This document shows, piece after piece, positions 1 through 10,413 of a stretch of DNA of 64,000 bases. A program made the position numbers and the translations under genes. This DNA is from an uncultured Blastocatellaceae bacterium. GTDB taxonomy: Bacteria > Acidobacteriota > Blastocatellia > Pyrinomonadales > Pyrinomonadaceae. The stretch covers positions 289,048 through 353,047 of the forward strand of contig CAZALE010000002.1 in the NCBI GenBank assembly GCA_964486055.1, in the 5' to 3' direction. How positions within the stretch are numbered: the stretch's first letter is position 1; every line of letters starts with the position of its first letter. The notes beneath the pieces are model-generated. The model ran no database searches. It saw only the letters and a list, made by a program, of their open reading frames with translations, and had not been told where the DNA came from.

Positions 1-342
1 TTCAACCACCAGTAAACGTTCGCCATCTCTTACCGTAAATCCTCGCCTTAACTTCATGACCCCATTTTCTCTTTCAGTCCAGATGAAACGAGCATTCAAG
101 GCATCTGCAACCGCAAATCCTATTATCAACCCGCCAATTGCTGGCGAGACCACCGTTTCTATATCAGCATCTTTGTATTTTTCAGCAATCAAACCGCCAA
201 AAATCTTGGCATCGGATGGTTTCTGTAAGGCTAATGCGCATTGAAGGTAAATTGGACTATGAAGTCCACTGGACAATATGAAATGTCCTTCCAGCAAAGC
301 ATTGGTGTTGCGAAAATGCGATATTATCTCATCTGCATTCAT
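1..342 (-). CDS. pyrE: orotate phosphoribosyltransferase, N-terminal 114 codons (gene continues past left edge)
   Basis: Absent from the ORF track because no stop lies in the window. My hand translation of the minus strand from ATG at 342-340: MNADEIISHFRNTNALLEGHFILSSGLHSPIYLQCALALQKPSDAKIFGGLIAEKYKDADIETVVSPAIGGLIIGFAVADALNARFIWTERENGVMKLRRGFTVRDGERLLVVE. The GHF.L.SG.HS..Y..C start and the ...GERLLVVE(D) entry into the PRPP loop are typical of PyrE. Confidence 0.8.
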   Translation of the reverse strand, partial: MNADEIISHFRNTNALLEGHFILSSGLHSPIYLQCALALQKPSDAKIFGGLIAEKYKDADIETVVSPAIGGLIIGFAVADALNARFIWTERENGVMKLRRGFTVRDGERLLVVE

Positions 343-442
343 AAGTAATCACAAAATTTTAGCCGAATAATTGCATGAAATCCAAACGATAAAAATTCCC
401 TTAATTGACATTGAAAGCATGAAGGATTCACAATAACAAAAG

Positions 443-1273
443 ATGTATCCACGTCGTAATTTGATCTCTAAATCTGAAAAAGTAACCAACGCCATTAAAC
501 TCCTAAGGTCGTTTGGTGGCAAAACATCTTTGGTAAAGTTTGCGAAGAGATTTTGGGGGTGCGCTTTGCCATCGGCTTTTCCTTTGATTGAGGAACTAAG
601 CCACTCGGATCCTCGGATAAGAGTAAGCGATGGGTTTATCGAACTCATCCCACTTGAAAAGCAAAACCCAAAACTTTCTGAGACAAGCTTTGTCGTTTTA
701 GACATAGAGGCTACTGATCCAAAATTTCCGCCTGGTAGAATTCTGGAAATCGGGGCATACAAGGTCTGGAAGAAAAATATAATTGAAGAATTTCACACTC
801 TTATAAATCCGGGATTTCAGATTCCAGCTTTCATAAAGGGTCTAACTGGTATTTCGGACGAAATGGTAGAAAAAGCCCCTGAATTCGGCCAGATAGTACT
901 TCAGCTGTTAGATTTCATAGATGATGCTGTGCTTGTCGCCCATAACGCACGGTTCGATTTCAGATTTCTCAATTACGAAATTGGAAGAATTTACGAAGAC
1001 TATTATTTAGTTAATCCACAACTTTGTACCGTTCAGTTAGCTAGAAAGTTGCTTCCTCAACTTGAAAACCATCGGTTAACCACGCTAGCTCAACATTACT
1101 CGGTCAAAATTAAAAACTTACATAGAGCAGATCAGGACGCAAAAGCTACCGCAGAGATATTCATCTATCTGCTTGAAGAACTAGAGCGCCGAGGCATCGA
1201 AGATCTAGAGGGAATAAAGAAAATCAAGTCCTCACAGGATGCCGATGCAGTAACAGCGCAAAAAAATCAATAA
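443..1273 (+). CDS. DEDDh 3'-5' exonuclease, DNA polymerase III epsilon (DnaQ)-like, with ~70-aa N-terminal extension
   Basis: Exo motifs in the translation: FVVLDIEATD (ExoI), LVAHNARFDFRFL (ExoII), HRADQDA (ExoIII, DEDDh type). Confidence 0.8.
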   Translation: MYPRRNLISKSEKVTNAIKLLRSFGGKTSLVKFAKRFWGCALPSAFPLIEELSHSDPRIRVSDGFIELIPLEKQNPKLSETSFVVLDIEATDPKFPPGRILEIGAYKVWKKNIIEEFHTLINPGFQIPAFIKGLTGISDEMVEKAPEFGQIVLQLLDFIDDAVLVAHNARFDFRFLNYEIGRIYEDYYLVNPQLCTVQLARKLLPQLENHRLTTLAQHYSVKIKNLHRADQDAKATAEIFIYLLEELERRGIEDLEGIKKIKSSQDADAVTAQKNQ

Positions 1274-2635
1274 TTACTGCTCTAAAAAAACTTTTTTGCC
1301 TATGTTTTCATTGTTGGTTATCAAGACGAAGCTAATATTTTTCATGTACTTTTGTGCTACTCGCTTTATATCTTCTGGTTTTACTTGATTTATCTTTTCT
1401 AGAAAAAGAAGTGAATTTCTCCAGCCCCCGCCAATTATTTCATACCGGGCTAGTTCGCCGACCTGAGCAGCGTTTGTTTCCAAACGCAAGTAATATGTAG
1501 TGGAGAAAAACCCTGGTAAACCGACGAAGCTATCCTCGTCTGGCAGCTGCTCCCGCATCTTCTTGATTTCCTCGAGCATTATTTTCACCGTCTCTTCAAC
1601 GTCAACAGTTGAAGCATATATGCTTGCAGTGTTAGCCTCATTATCCTCCATAGAGGCATCTGGGGCATAGGAAAGCTGACGCTTAAGTCGTATCTCTTGA
1701 TGTAGCCGAGACTGGAGCAAAGATATTGCTACTTTCATTGGATAATAATCTGGATCTGAGATTGAGGGCGCAGCAAATATTCCACGCACATAGTTTGTCT
1801 GCAGCGCTTTCTGGCTTATATGAATCCTTGGTTGTTTAAATTCTAATTGTTGAAGCGGTCCTTTTTTATAATCGCCTTTGGGCAGATTGGAAAATGCATC
1901 AGATACCTTTTTTCGGATTTGCTCAACTTCAACATTCCCAACGATGACCAATAACAGCCTGGAGGTCTGCAATATGCTTTGGTAGTATTTCTTGACGTCA
2001 TCAAGAGTGAAACGATTGATGTTTTCCTCTGTCCCCAGTGGATCGATAGAGTAAGGATGATTGACAAATACATACTGTCGTTGTAAAACATCTAGATAAT
2101 CATCCGGACTGATGTTCTTATTTTTAAGTGTAGTGAGGATTTTTTCCTTTACTATCGGTAAATCTTTTTCATCGAAGGCAGGGTTCAGAATTACATCTGT
2201 GAAAAATTGCCAAGACTTATCAAAGTTCTTTTTCGTGCTTACGAGCGAGACTACGCTGTAGTCCTCTCCAGCTTCAACATTCAAGACGCTACCTGTTCGC
2301 GATAACTCTTTTCTCAGGACATCTTTAGGAAAACTCTTACTACCTTCGATTGCAAGCGAGAGTGAGAGATTTTCAATGCCAGCATTTTGTTTTGTCAAAC
2401 TCGACACTCCACCTTTTACAAAAAGCCCGACAGCGACCGTAGCAGCGCTAGGCCGACGCTTTACAATGACTTTTAATCCATTTACCTCAAAATCCGATAT
2501 TAGTTGTGCCTCAGAAAGTTGAGCACTGTTTGCAATTGCCTTCCTGTCCGCACTGACAGCAGTCTGAGCAAATAAATTACCGATAAAAACTAACCATATG
2601 AGTGCAAAAATAAAAACTTTTCTCATGTTGATCAC
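1274..2635 (-). CDS. M16 (pitrilysin/insulinase) family peptidase subunit, non-catalytic type, secreted
   Basis: Hydrophobic N-terminal signal sequence (FIFALIWLVFIGNLFAQ). M16-like length and layout but no HxxEH motif. Lies directly downstream of a catalytic-type M16 gene, the classic alpha/beta pair arrangement. Confidence 0.7.
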   Translation of the reverse strand: MINMRKVFIFALIWLVFIGNLFAQTAVSADRKAIANSAQLSEAQLISDFEVNGLKVIVKRRPSAATVAVGLFVKGGVSSLTKQNAGIENLSLSLAIEGSKSFPKDVLRKELSRTGSVLNVEAGEDYSVVSLVSTKKNFDKSWQFFTDVILNPAFDEKDLPIVKEKILTTLKNKNISPDDYLDVLQRQYVFVNHPYSIDPLGTEENINRFTLDDVKKYYQSILQTSRLLLVIVGNVEVEQIRKKVSDAFSNLPKGDYKKGPLQQLEFKQPRIHISQKALQTNYVRGIFAAPSISDPDYYPMKVAISLLQSRLHQEIRLKRQLSYAPDASMEDNEANTASIYASTVDVEETVKIMLEEIKKMREQLPDEDSFVGLPGFFSTTYYLRLETNAAQVGELARYEIIGGGWRNSLLFLEKINQVKPEDIKRVAQKYMKNISFVLITNNENIGKKVFLEQ

Positions 2636-2656
2636 CTCTGTTTATTTAAATCGGGA

Positions 2657-4150
2657 TTAGCGAGCTCCGAGTAAATCCTGATCGCTTAGCTTTACTTTTC
2701 TCTGATTTGCTTCAGAGATCATTGCTACTACGATATGTGGTTTATTCTGAATGTAGGTCGAGATATAGCGTTTTATATCCGCACGAGAGACCGCTCTCAA
2801 GTTTTTATAGTATTGCTTATAATACTCTGTTCCTGTCGAAGCCCACCAAAAACCTAATTCATGAGTATACTCACTTAATTTTTCGCGTCTGTAAAGGTTT
2901 TCCGCTTCTAGGAGCGATTTGGCATTTTCTAATTCCTCATCAGAAAAATAATCGTCATTTGCGAATTTACTTATTTCCTCCCGGAGTCTTTTCACGGCCT
3001 CTCTGGCTTTTTCTGGTGAGGTAAGCATTGTAATCCTTATTGGACCTACATTCCGCTGAGTATAGTAATGAACAGTAAGGCTCGTAGCCAAACCAGAATC
3101 TATCAATGCTCTCTGCAGGCGAGAGTTCGGCTGTTCCACGATAAATGAAAAGACATCTGCAGCATAAGTAGAAGCGTCATCTTTGCCAATGGAGGGTCCA
3201 TGCCACCCAAATTGAACAATCACACTATCAACATCTTGGGTCACTATGACTGCCTCACTTTGCTGTAAAGGCGGATGTTCTACGATTGGATATTTTAAAA
3301 ATGGGTCTTCCCCAGGTTTCCAATTGCTAAAAATCTCTTCCGCTAATTTAAAAACCTCATCAGGGTTAACATCACCTGTTACTATTAAAGCTGTGTTATT
3401 TGGAATATAGTATCGAGATTGAATCAAACGCATTTTCTCGACTGTTGCGCTGCTAACTGTTTCACGAGTGCCGCCTGGATCTTTCCGACTAGGGTACTTA
3501 TAAAATAATTTATTCATCATTGTTCTGTTTAGGTAATAAGTTGGCTCAGACATTTGCCGATCCAACTCCCCTAAAACAACCTGAATTTCTTTTTTCAACT
3601 CGTTTTCGTCAAATGAGGGGTATAGCAAAGCATCCCGCATTAGTTTCATCATTATCGGCAGGTTTTGACTTGTAGTGTGAAAATAATAATTCACATGCTC
3701 CTCGTGAGTAGAACCATTGCGTAAAAAACCTATCTCATCCACGGATCTGAGATAGCTAACATCCCCTAATTCCCTCTTGTATTTGGTCATTGCCCCACAG
3801 TTATAGTTCATGTAAAGATCTGTTCTTCCGATGGAGTTAAAAATCTCACATCTAAAAACTTCTATTGCCCGATTGGTATTGAAGAACATATGCTCATACA
3901 AGTGAGACAAGCCATTTAGTTCAGGAGGTTCAGTAAATGAGCCATTGCGAACAACCGCTTCCACAGTGAGCAATGGAACCGATTGATCGGCTAACACAAT
4001 GACTTCTAGGCCATTAGATAATTTCCTACTTACGAATGGAGCTTCTACGCTGCTGGTTTCACTCGAAGAAGCTTGCGATAAAACTTTAATTTGTGCAAAA
4101 CTGAAAAAGAAGAGTGCGAGAAGAATAATTGAATTAAATTTTTTCATCAT
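2657..4150 (-). CDS. M16 family zinc peptidase, catalytic type, secreted
   Basis: Inverted zinc motif HxxEH present as GLSHLYEHMFF. N-terminal signal sequence (IILLALFFFSFAQ). Confidence 0.8.
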   Translation of the reverse strand: MMKKFNSIILLALFFFSFAQIKVLSQASSSETSSVEAPFVSRKLSNGLEVIVLADQSVPLLTVEAVVRNGSFTEPPELNGLSHLYEHMFFNTNRAIEVFRCEIFNSIGRTDLYMNYNCGAMTKYKRELGDVSYLRSVDEIGFLRNGSTHEEHVNYYFHTTSQNLPIMMKLMRDALLYPSFDENELKKEIQVVLGELDRQMSEPTYYLNRTMMNKLFYKYPSRKDPGGTRETVSSATVEKMRLIQSRYYIPNNTALIVTGDVNPDEVFKLAEEIFSNWKPGEDPFLKYPIVEHPPLQQSEAVIVTQDVDSVIVQFGWHGPSIGKDDASTYAADVFSFIVEQPNSRLQRALIDSGLATSLTVHYYTQRNVGPIRITMLTSPEKAREAVKRLREEISKFANDDYFSDEELENAKSLLEAENLYRREKLSEYTHELGFWWASTGTEYYKQYYKNLRAVSRADIKRYISTYIQNKPHIVVAMISEANQRKVKLSDQDLLGAR

Positions 4151-4200
4151 TGACTCCCATTTGATGATAATTGTTTATTATCGGTAATCTTAACATAGGC

Positions 4201-4449
4201 ATGAGGAATAAAACAATGAATATAGATTCCATGACACATGCAGCTAGAAAAGCTATGAATCACAATCCAGAGATTCGCAACTGGATTGAAAATTACATTA
4301 AAAATAAGGTTAGAGCTGAAAAATCGGAGCTAAGCGATCAAGAATTTGAAAACTACTGGAAATATCATAAGCCGGAAATCATTCACGAGAGGTCGTTGGA
4401 GGGCTTTCTAGCTTACAAGGAGCATAAAAACAATAATAATCTGAAATGA
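4201..4449 (+). CDS. hypothetical small protein
   Basis: ORF-track ORF 4171..4449. The first ATGs are at 4201 and 4216 (AGGA lies 8 nt before 4216). Stop overlaps the next start (ATGA at 4446-4449), suggesting co-translation. No recognisable motif. Confidence 0.4.
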   Translation: MRNKTMNIDSMTHAARKAMNHNPEIRNWIENYIKNKVRAEKSELSDQEFENYWKYHKPEIIHERSLEGFLAYKEHKNNNNLK

Positions 4450-4835
4450 ATTGGCAAGAGAAAATAACTGGCCCAGGTGGAACCCCAGGAGGTTTTTTGG
4501 AATTCTTCCTCGGACTAGGCATGACCGTGATTGGAGGATATCTTTTAACCAGTCGAGTAACGGTAACAAGCAGTTTTTGGACTCTGTGGGGATACAATGC
4601 ATTTGGCATTTCTCTTATACCGCTCATTTTTGGCATCGGTATTTTGTTTTTTAACGGCAAGTCGACTTTTGGATGGATTTTATTGTTCGCCAGTGTGTTA
4701 ATAATTTTTGCAGGAATTTTGATGAACCTGACGATTTATTTTCAACCTACAAGCCTTTTTAATACTCTTATAATGCTCATATTACTCGCTGGTGGATTAG
4801 GTTTTTTAATTAAGAGCTTGTCTGAACACGATTAA
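4446..4835 (+). CDS. hypothetical integral membrane protein
   Basis: Four hydrophobic helix-length segments in 129 aa. ATGA overlap with the upstream small ORF. Confidence 0.55.
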   Translation: MNWQEKITGPGGTPGGFLEFFLGLGMTVIGGYLLTSRVTVTSSFWTLWGYNAFGISLIPLIFGIGILFFNGKSTFGWILLFASVLIIFAGILMNLTIYFQPTSLFNTLIMLILLAGGLGFLIKSLSEHD

Positions 4836-4845
4836 AAATGTGCAT

Positions 4846-6078
4846 ATGTTAGTAAGAAGACTTTGCCTGATTTTTATCTTGATTTTGAGCAGCTCTCTGT
4901 TCGCTCAAAAACCAGTAAAAGACCTAAAGCCTACGCTCATATTGATCTCTCTCGATGGATTCCGAGCGGATTATCTGGATAAATATAAACCAAAAACCCT
5001 TCTAGAGCTTGCAAGCAGTGGCGTTAGAGCTAAATGGCTAACACCAGTATTCCCCACTAAAACTTTCACCAACCATTACTCAATCGCCACAGGATTATAT
5101 CCAGAAAATCACGGAATAATCGAAAATAACATATATGACTTTGGCGTAGTTTTTAGTCTGAGTAACCGTGAGGAAGTGCAAAATAGCCGTTGGTGGTTAG
5201 GTGAACCGATATGGGTAACCGCAGAAAAACAAGGGGTTCGCACGGCTGCATTCTTCTTCCCTGGAACAGAGGCTGAAATCAAAGGTAAAAGACCAACATT
5301 CTGGAAACCCTATGATGCAAGCATCCCATATGAAGAAAGAGTACAAACAATTCTTAAATGGCTTGATTTACCAGCGCAAGAACGCCCTCAGCTATTAATT
5401 CTATACTTCGACGAACCAGATACCTCAGGACATAGATGTGGCCCAGAATCTGATTGTGTCGCAGATGCGATAAGAAGAGTTGATAAACAACTGGGAGATC
5501 TCATCGATGGTCTAAAAGAAAGAAAAATCTATAAGAAAGTTAATTTAATAATCGTCTCAGATCATGGGATGGCAGAAGTGCAACCAAAGAACCTGATTTT
5601 CCTAGACGAATATTTTGATCTCAAATTAGCTGAAAGGATTCTCTGGACTGGGGAGATCATCCAGATCTTTCCCAAAGATGGACAGAAAAAGACAATAATC
5701 GAAAAATTAAGCTCCATAAAGAATGCAAACTGTTGGGAGAAAGAATCCATACCTGATAGATTTCATTATCGTGCAAGTCATCGCATAGCACCGATAATCT
5801 GTCTTGCGGATGAAGGTTGGCATATGACTTCAAAGGCGAGATATGAGCAACAGAAAGATAGATTTAGCTCCGGTAAATCCTTTGGCGCGCATGGCTACGA
5901 CAATAGTCTTGCATCCATGCGGGCAATCTTTATAGCCAATGGCAAGGCATTCAAGACTAACAAAGTGGTAGAGCCATTTAATTCGATCGATATTTACAAT
6001 ATAATGACAAAAGTTTTAGGCATTACTCCTGCAAAAAATGACGGGAATCCGAAAATATTGAGAAAGGTTTTAAGATAA
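4846..6078 (+). CDS. ectonucleotide pyrophosphatase/phosphodiesterase (NPP, alkaline-phosphatase superfamily), secreted
   Basis: LISLDGFRADYL and PTKTFTNHYSIATGLYPENHGI (nucleophile Thr region), VSDHGM metal site, and a signal peptide. The ORF track starts at GTG 4840; ATG at 4846 is the more likely start. Confidence 0.8.
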   Translation: MLVRRLCLIFILILSSSLFAQKPVKDLKPTLILISLDGFRADYLDKYKPKTLLELASSGVRAKWLTPVFPTKTFTNHYSIATGLYPENHGIIENNIYDFGVVFSLSNREEVQNSRWWLGEPIWVTAEKQGVRTAAFFFPGTEAEIKGKRPTFWKPYDASIPYEERVQTILKWLDLPAQERPQLLILYFDEPDTSGHRCGPESDCVADAIRRVDKQLGDLIDGLKERKIYKKVNLIIVSDHGMAEVQPKNLIFLDEYFDLKLAERILWTGEIIQIFPKDGQKKTIIEKLSSIKNANCWEKESIPDRFHYRASHRIAPIICLADEGWHMTSKARYEQQKDRFSSGKSFGAHGYDNSLASMRAIFIANGKAFKTNKVVEPFNSIDIYNIMTKVLGITPAKNDGNPKILRKVLR

Positions 6079-6079
6079 G

Positions 6080-6616
6080 ATGGAAAGAATAGTAACGATC
6101 TTTGGTGGATCCAAGTGCTCCGAGAATGCGCAAGAATATATTCAAGCAAGAAAAATCGGCCAGATTTTAGCTGATGCCGGTGTGACCGTGTGCACTGGCG
6201 GTTATCTCGGAGTCATGGAAGCAGCATCCAGAGGAGCCCATGAAAGAGGAGGTAGAGTCTTAGGAATAGTCCTAAATCAATTCAGAACTGAACCAAACCG
6301 ATATCTTACCGATAAAGTCGCCACAAACCATTTTTATGAGAGACTACAAAATCTTATAACGCGCTCAGCTGGCTTCATAGCACTACGTGGCGGAATGGGA
6401 ACCATATCTGAAGTAGCCTTGGTTTGGAACAAGCTTCAAACAAAAGTCATAGAGCCACGCCCTCTAGTTTTGCTCGGAGATTGTTGGCGTAAGGTTATAA
6501 GCTGTTGGCGAGAGCATCTCGTGATAAGCGATGAGGATATTAGTCTGCTAAGCTTCGCTGATTCGGCTGAAGAAGCCTGTAAAATCGTTCTTTCAACCTT
6601 TGCAAAAACTCCTTAA
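6080..6616 (+). CDS. LOG / TIGR00725-type Rossmann-fold nucleotide-binding protein
   Basis: [14 protein letters not shown] and RGGMGTISE (PGGxGTxxE-like) motifs. Starts 1 nt after the NPP stop, so it is in the same operon. Confidence 0.75.
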   Translation: MERIVTIFGGSKCSENAQEYIQARKIGQILADAGVTVCTGGYLGVMEAASRGAHERGGRVLGIVLNQFRTEPNRYLTDKVATNHFYERLQNLITRSAGFIALRGGMGTISEVALVWNKLQTKVIEPRPLVLLGDCWRKVISCWREHLVISDEDISLLSFADSAEEACKIVLSTFAKTP

Positions 6617-7725
6617 TCAAAAAATTCCCGGAATTTTTTCATAAAAGACTCATCTTCAAAGTTTCTATTTTCGAGTTCAGCCAGCTTCTCAAAGAGTTTT
6701 CTTTCTTCTCTGGTAAGATTGGTCGGAGTGACCACAGTGACGGCAACGAAAAGATCACCGCGATGATTCTGTCCTAAGGTGGGCATGCCTTTACCCTTTA
6801 TCTTGAAGACTGTGCCTGTTTGCGTCCCTGCGGGAATCTTTATTATCTCTTCTTGTCCATCTAGAGTCTTAACTTTCACATTTGCTCCCAAAGCAGCTTG
6901 AGCAAAGGAAATAGGCACAGATGTGTACAGATTTTCCTCTTGTCTTTTGAACCTCTCGTGTTCTAAAACTTCTATCACGACGAACAAATCTCCCGCTGGT
7001 CCTCCATTCTTTCCCTCTTCACCTTCACCCCTGATAACCAATCTAGAACCTGTATCCACACCTGCTGGAACCTTCACTTCAATCACTTTATCTTGACGCA
7101 CTTCCCCTCGCCCGCTACACACCTTACATCGCTCTCTGATAAACAACCCAGTGCCTCGACAATTTCCACAAGTCCTCGTAACAGTGAAAAATCCCTGTTG
7201 ATAGATTAATTTGCCAGTCCCTCTACAGGTATGACAAGATTCAGGAACAGTCCCCTTTTGCGCACCTCTGCCATTACACTCCTTACAAACAACCAGTTTT
7301 GGTATGGTTATCTGCTTTTCAACGCCTGAGAAAGCTTCTTCTAAAGTTATCTGAAGATCATAGCGTAAATCCTGTCCGCGTCTAGCAGTTGATCTCTGAT
7401 GAGCAGAGCGACTGGAGCGACCAAAACCAAAAATATCATCATTGAATATGCTGAAGAAAAAGTCTTCGATATCTGTGAATGAATCCGAGGTAAATCTTTG
7501 GCCATTTATTCCTGCATATCCGAATCTATCGTACGCAGCTCTCTTCTCTGGATTGGACAATACCGAATAGGCCTCCTGGATCTCCTTGAACTTCTCCTCT
7601 GCTTGTGCATCCCCAGGATTCTTATCAGGATGGAATCTGACTGCAAGCTGACGATACGCCTTTTTTATTTCATCTGCCGTAGCATTTCGTGAGACACCTA
7701 AAACTTCATAGTAATCTTTTTTCAT
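6613..7725 (-). CDS. dnaJ: molecular chaperone DnaJ
   Basis: J domain with HPD ([10 protein letters not shown]), a G/F-rich region, and four CxxCxGxG zinc-finger repeats. Confidence 0.95.
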   Translation of the reverse strand: MKKDYYEVLGVSRNATADEIKKAYRQLAVRFHPDKNPGDAQAEEKFKEIQEAYSVLSNPEKRAAYDRFGYAGINGQRFTSDSFTDIEDFFFSIFNDDIFGFGRSSRSAHQRSTARRGQDLRYDLQITLEEAFSGVEKQITIPKLVVCKECNGRGAQKGTVPESCHTCRGTGKLIYQQGFFTVTRTCGNCRGTGLFIRERCKVCSGRGEVRQDKVIEVKVPAGVDTGSRLVIRGEGEEGKNGGPAGDLFVVIEVLEHERFKRQEENLYTSVPISFAQAALGANVKVKTLDGQEEIIKIPAGTQTGTVFKIKGKGMPTLGQNHRGDLFVAVTVVTPTNLTREERKLFEKLAELENRNFEDESFMKKFREFFD

Positions 7726-7845
7726 AGTCCAAATTTTTATTTTGCAACGGCAGTTTTAATTCTTCAAGATGAAAAAGAGTCGAGTGTCCCTTAGAGCGGC
7801 TGAGGTTGGAAATTGAAATATTAACCTGCGGATTCGATTATTTAT

Positions 7846-9654
7846 TCAAGAGCTGATGGTGATCAACAAGGACGTTAACTCAGCTGCTACACTTTCGACT
7901 CTGGATAATTTTTCGTTCAATATCTCCAAATCGTTTGTGTTAAGTTGATCCTCCGCATCGCTCAATATCGCGTTTATCTCTCTGATCTTCTCTGCTGGGA
8001 GACTTTTACCGAACTCACTTAACGTCCGACGCGAGTTTTTTATCAACGAGTCCAAACGATTTCTCTGTAGGATCAATTCCTTTTCCTGTCGATCTCTCTC
8101 CGCAGATGCTTCGGCCTCCATTATCAAACGTTCTATTTCATCAGGAGATAAGCCTGATGAAGGCGTTATTTGCATCGCTTGTTCCAGCCCTGTAAATTTA
8201 TCGCGTGCGGAAACATTTAAAATACCGTTCGCATCAACTTCGAAGGTCACCTCTATTTGAGGTACTCCACGTGGAGCAGGCGGAATGCCTACTAATTCAA
8301 ATTTTCCTAATGAACGGTTCTCACGAGCTATTTCTCTTTCGCCCTGCAGTATGTGAATTTCGACTGACTGCTGATTATCAACGACAGTCGTAAAAACCAT
8401 TGTGTTTTTTAATGGAATAGTGGAGTTTCTCTCGATGAGTTTAACGAATAAACCGCCTCTAGTTTCTAGTCCTAGTGACAGCGGCAAAACATCTAGTAAT
8501 ACGATATCTTTGACATCTCCGGCTAATATACCAGCTTGTATTGCAGCCCCCATCGCTACAACTTCATCAGGATTGATTTCAGCCGAAGGCTCTTTGCCGA
8601 ATATTTCCTTGACCGTTCTTGAAATAATTGGTGAACGCGTTTGCCCGCCTACTAAAATAACTTTATCAATATCCTCTGGCTTCAGCTTTGCATCCCAGAG
8701 CGCCTTTTGACATGGCTCAACAGACGATTCAACCAAATCTTTGACTAGCTCTTCGAATTTTTCCCTAGTTAAAACTTTGTTAATGTGTTTTGGGCCAGTA
8801 GCATCGGAAGCTATAAATGGCAAATTGATTGTGGTCTCGGTTACGCTGGAAAGCTCACATTTTGCTCTCTCAGCAGCTTCTTTTAGCCTTTGAAGAGCTA
8901 AACGATCTTGCCTGAGGTCTATTCCATGCTCAGTCTCAAAACCTTTGACTAACCAATCTATGATCCTCTGATCAAAATCTTCCCCCCCGAGAAAAGTATT
9001 GCCTGAAGTCGATAGAACCTCAAAAACCCCGTCATTAATCTCTAAGATTGTTATATCGAATGTACCACCACCTAGATCATAAACAGCGACTCTTTCGGTT
9101 TTACCTTTTCCAAAGCCATATGCCAAGGCAGCAGCCGTAGGCTCATTTATGATTCTCTCAACTTTTAAACCAGCGATTTTTCCAGCGTCTCGTGTGGCCT
9201 GGCGCTGTGCATCATCAAAATAAGCGGGAACAGTTATTATGGCTTCAGTGACTCTATCACCGAAAAACTCCTCAGCTACATTCTTTAGTTTTTGCAAGAC
9301 GATAGCAGAGATTTCGGGTGGGCTGTAGACCCGATCCATGACTCTTACGTGAGCGTCACCATTTTGAGATTCTACTATCTCGAATGGTACAGTATGCCTC
9401 ATCTTCTGTACTTCGGGAGAGTTAAACTTCCTGCCAATGAGCCTTTTAACAGCATAAAGTGTATTACGTGGATTTGTTACGGCCTGTCGTTTGGCTATTT
9501 GTCCTACAAGCTTTTCTCCCTTATCTGTAAAAGCTACGACCGAAGGCGTAGTCCTCGCTCCTTCTTTATTAGGTATTATCTGCACAGTACCGCCTTCCAT
9601 GAAGGCAACACAAGAATTTGTCGTTCCTAAATCGATTCCTATGATCCTACCCAT
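7846..9654 (-). CDS. dnaK: molecular chaperone DnaK (Hsp70)
   Basis: [22 protein letters not shown] and LVGGQTR signatures. Lies between grpE and dnaJ. Confidence 0.95.
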   Translation of the reverse strand: MGRIIGIDLGTTNSCVAFMEGGTVQIIPNKEGARTTPSVVAFTDKGEKLVGQIAKRQAVTNPRNTLYAVKRLIGRKFNSPEVQKMRHTVPFEIVESQNGDAHVRVMDRVYSPPEISAIVLQKLKNVAEEFFGDRVTEAIITVPAYFDDAQRQATRDAGKIAGLKVERIINEPTAAALAYGFGKGKTERVAVYDLGGGTFDITILEINDGVFEVLSTSGNTFLGGEDFDQRIIDWLVKGFETEHGIDLRQDRLALQRLKEAAERAKCELSSVTETTINLPFIASDATGPKHINKVLTREKFEELVKDLVESSVEPCQKALWDAKLKPEDIDKVILVGGQTRSPIISRTVKEIFGKEPSAEINPDEVVAMGAAIQAGILAGDVKDIVLLDVLPLSLGLETRGGLFVKLIERNSTIPLKNTMVFTTVVDNQQSVEIHILQGEREIARENRSLGKFELVGIPPAPRGVPQIEVTFEVDANGILNVSARDKFTGLEQAMQITPSSGLSPDEIERLIMEAEASAERDRQEKELILQRNRLDSLIKNSRRTLSEFGKSLPAEKIREINAILSDAEDQLNTNDLEILNEKLSRVESVAAELTSLLITISS

Positions 9655-9672
9655 ATCTCGATACCCAAAGCC

Positions 9673-10365
9673 TCAGTGATTTTTATGAGAATCATCAACA
9701 GCTACTTTTACCAGAGAATGACGGATAATCTTATTACCTAGCCTATAACCTCTCAACAGCTCGGCAACTATGGTATTCTGAGGAACAGAACTATTTCTTT
9801 CTACCTCAACAGCCTCATGCAGAAATGGATCAAATGGCATTCCTAAAGCAGGAATTGGCTCGACGCCCATTTCGGCTAATATTTCATACAGCTGTTGACT
9901 CACCAATATTATCCCATCCAGAAAGCTTTTACACTCAACAGATCTTAAAAATGGATTTCTCTTACCAGATTCAATCGCTCGCTCGAGGTTATCTACCAAA
10001 GGCAATAATCTTCTTGCTAAATCTATCATTAAATTTCCCATGGTTTCAATGCGCTCCTGCTCTATTCTTCTTCGATGATTCTCGATATCCTTTTGCAAGC
10101 GATCCAGCTCTTGTCTCTCTTTTTCAAGTATCGCCCTTTGTAGACTAATCTCTAGCGATGGATCAGTGGTTTTCTCAATACTCTTCTGCGGTATTTTATA
10201 AGTATCTTTTTCAGACGGTGTCGTAAGCGATGGATCTATGTTGTCTTGAGGTCTATAGCTTTCTACTTCAATCTCAACCGAGTTAATCTCCGCAAGCGAC
10301 AGACTATTTTCCCTTTCTTCTAACTCACGAAAAAATTCATCGAGTGTTATATCCTTTTTTTCCAT
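9673..10365 (-). CDS. grpE: nucleotide exchange factor GrpE
   Basis: LLPLVDNLERA motif and C-terminal beta domain (GYRLGNKIIRHSLVKV). Operon position between hrcA and dnaK. Confidence 0.9.
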   Translation of the reverse strand: MEKKDITLDEFFRELEERENSLSLAEINSVEIEVESYRPQDNIDPSLTTPSEKDTYKIPQKSIEKTTDPSLEISLQRAILEKERQELDRLQKDIENHRRRIEQERIETMGNLMIDLARRLLPLVDNLERAIESGKRNPFLRSVECKSFLDGIILVSQQLYEILAEMGVEPIPALGMPFDPFLHEAVEVERNSSVPQNTIVAELLRGYRLGNKIIRHSLVKVAVDDSHKNH

Positions 10366-10413
10366 GATTCTACTCTCCCTAACTCTTCGGATTGATGAAT
10401 AAGTCCGTACTTA

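Noticed and set aside
56-244. 62-aa plus-strand ORF at the left edge
   Set aside because: Lies entirely antisense to the clearly recognisable pyrE reading frame (1-342, minus) and has no motif. Judged a shadow ORF.
349-762. 137-aa minus-strand ORF
   Set aside because: Overlaps the first ~100 codons of the DnaQ-like exonuclease gene on the opposite strand and spans the pyrE/dnaQ divergent promoter gap. Low-complexity, motif-free translation.
8205-9679. Four plus-strand ORFs (62-112 aa) inside dnaK
   Set aside because: All are antisense to an unambiguous Hsp70 frame. These are typical shadow ORFs of a highly expressed gene.
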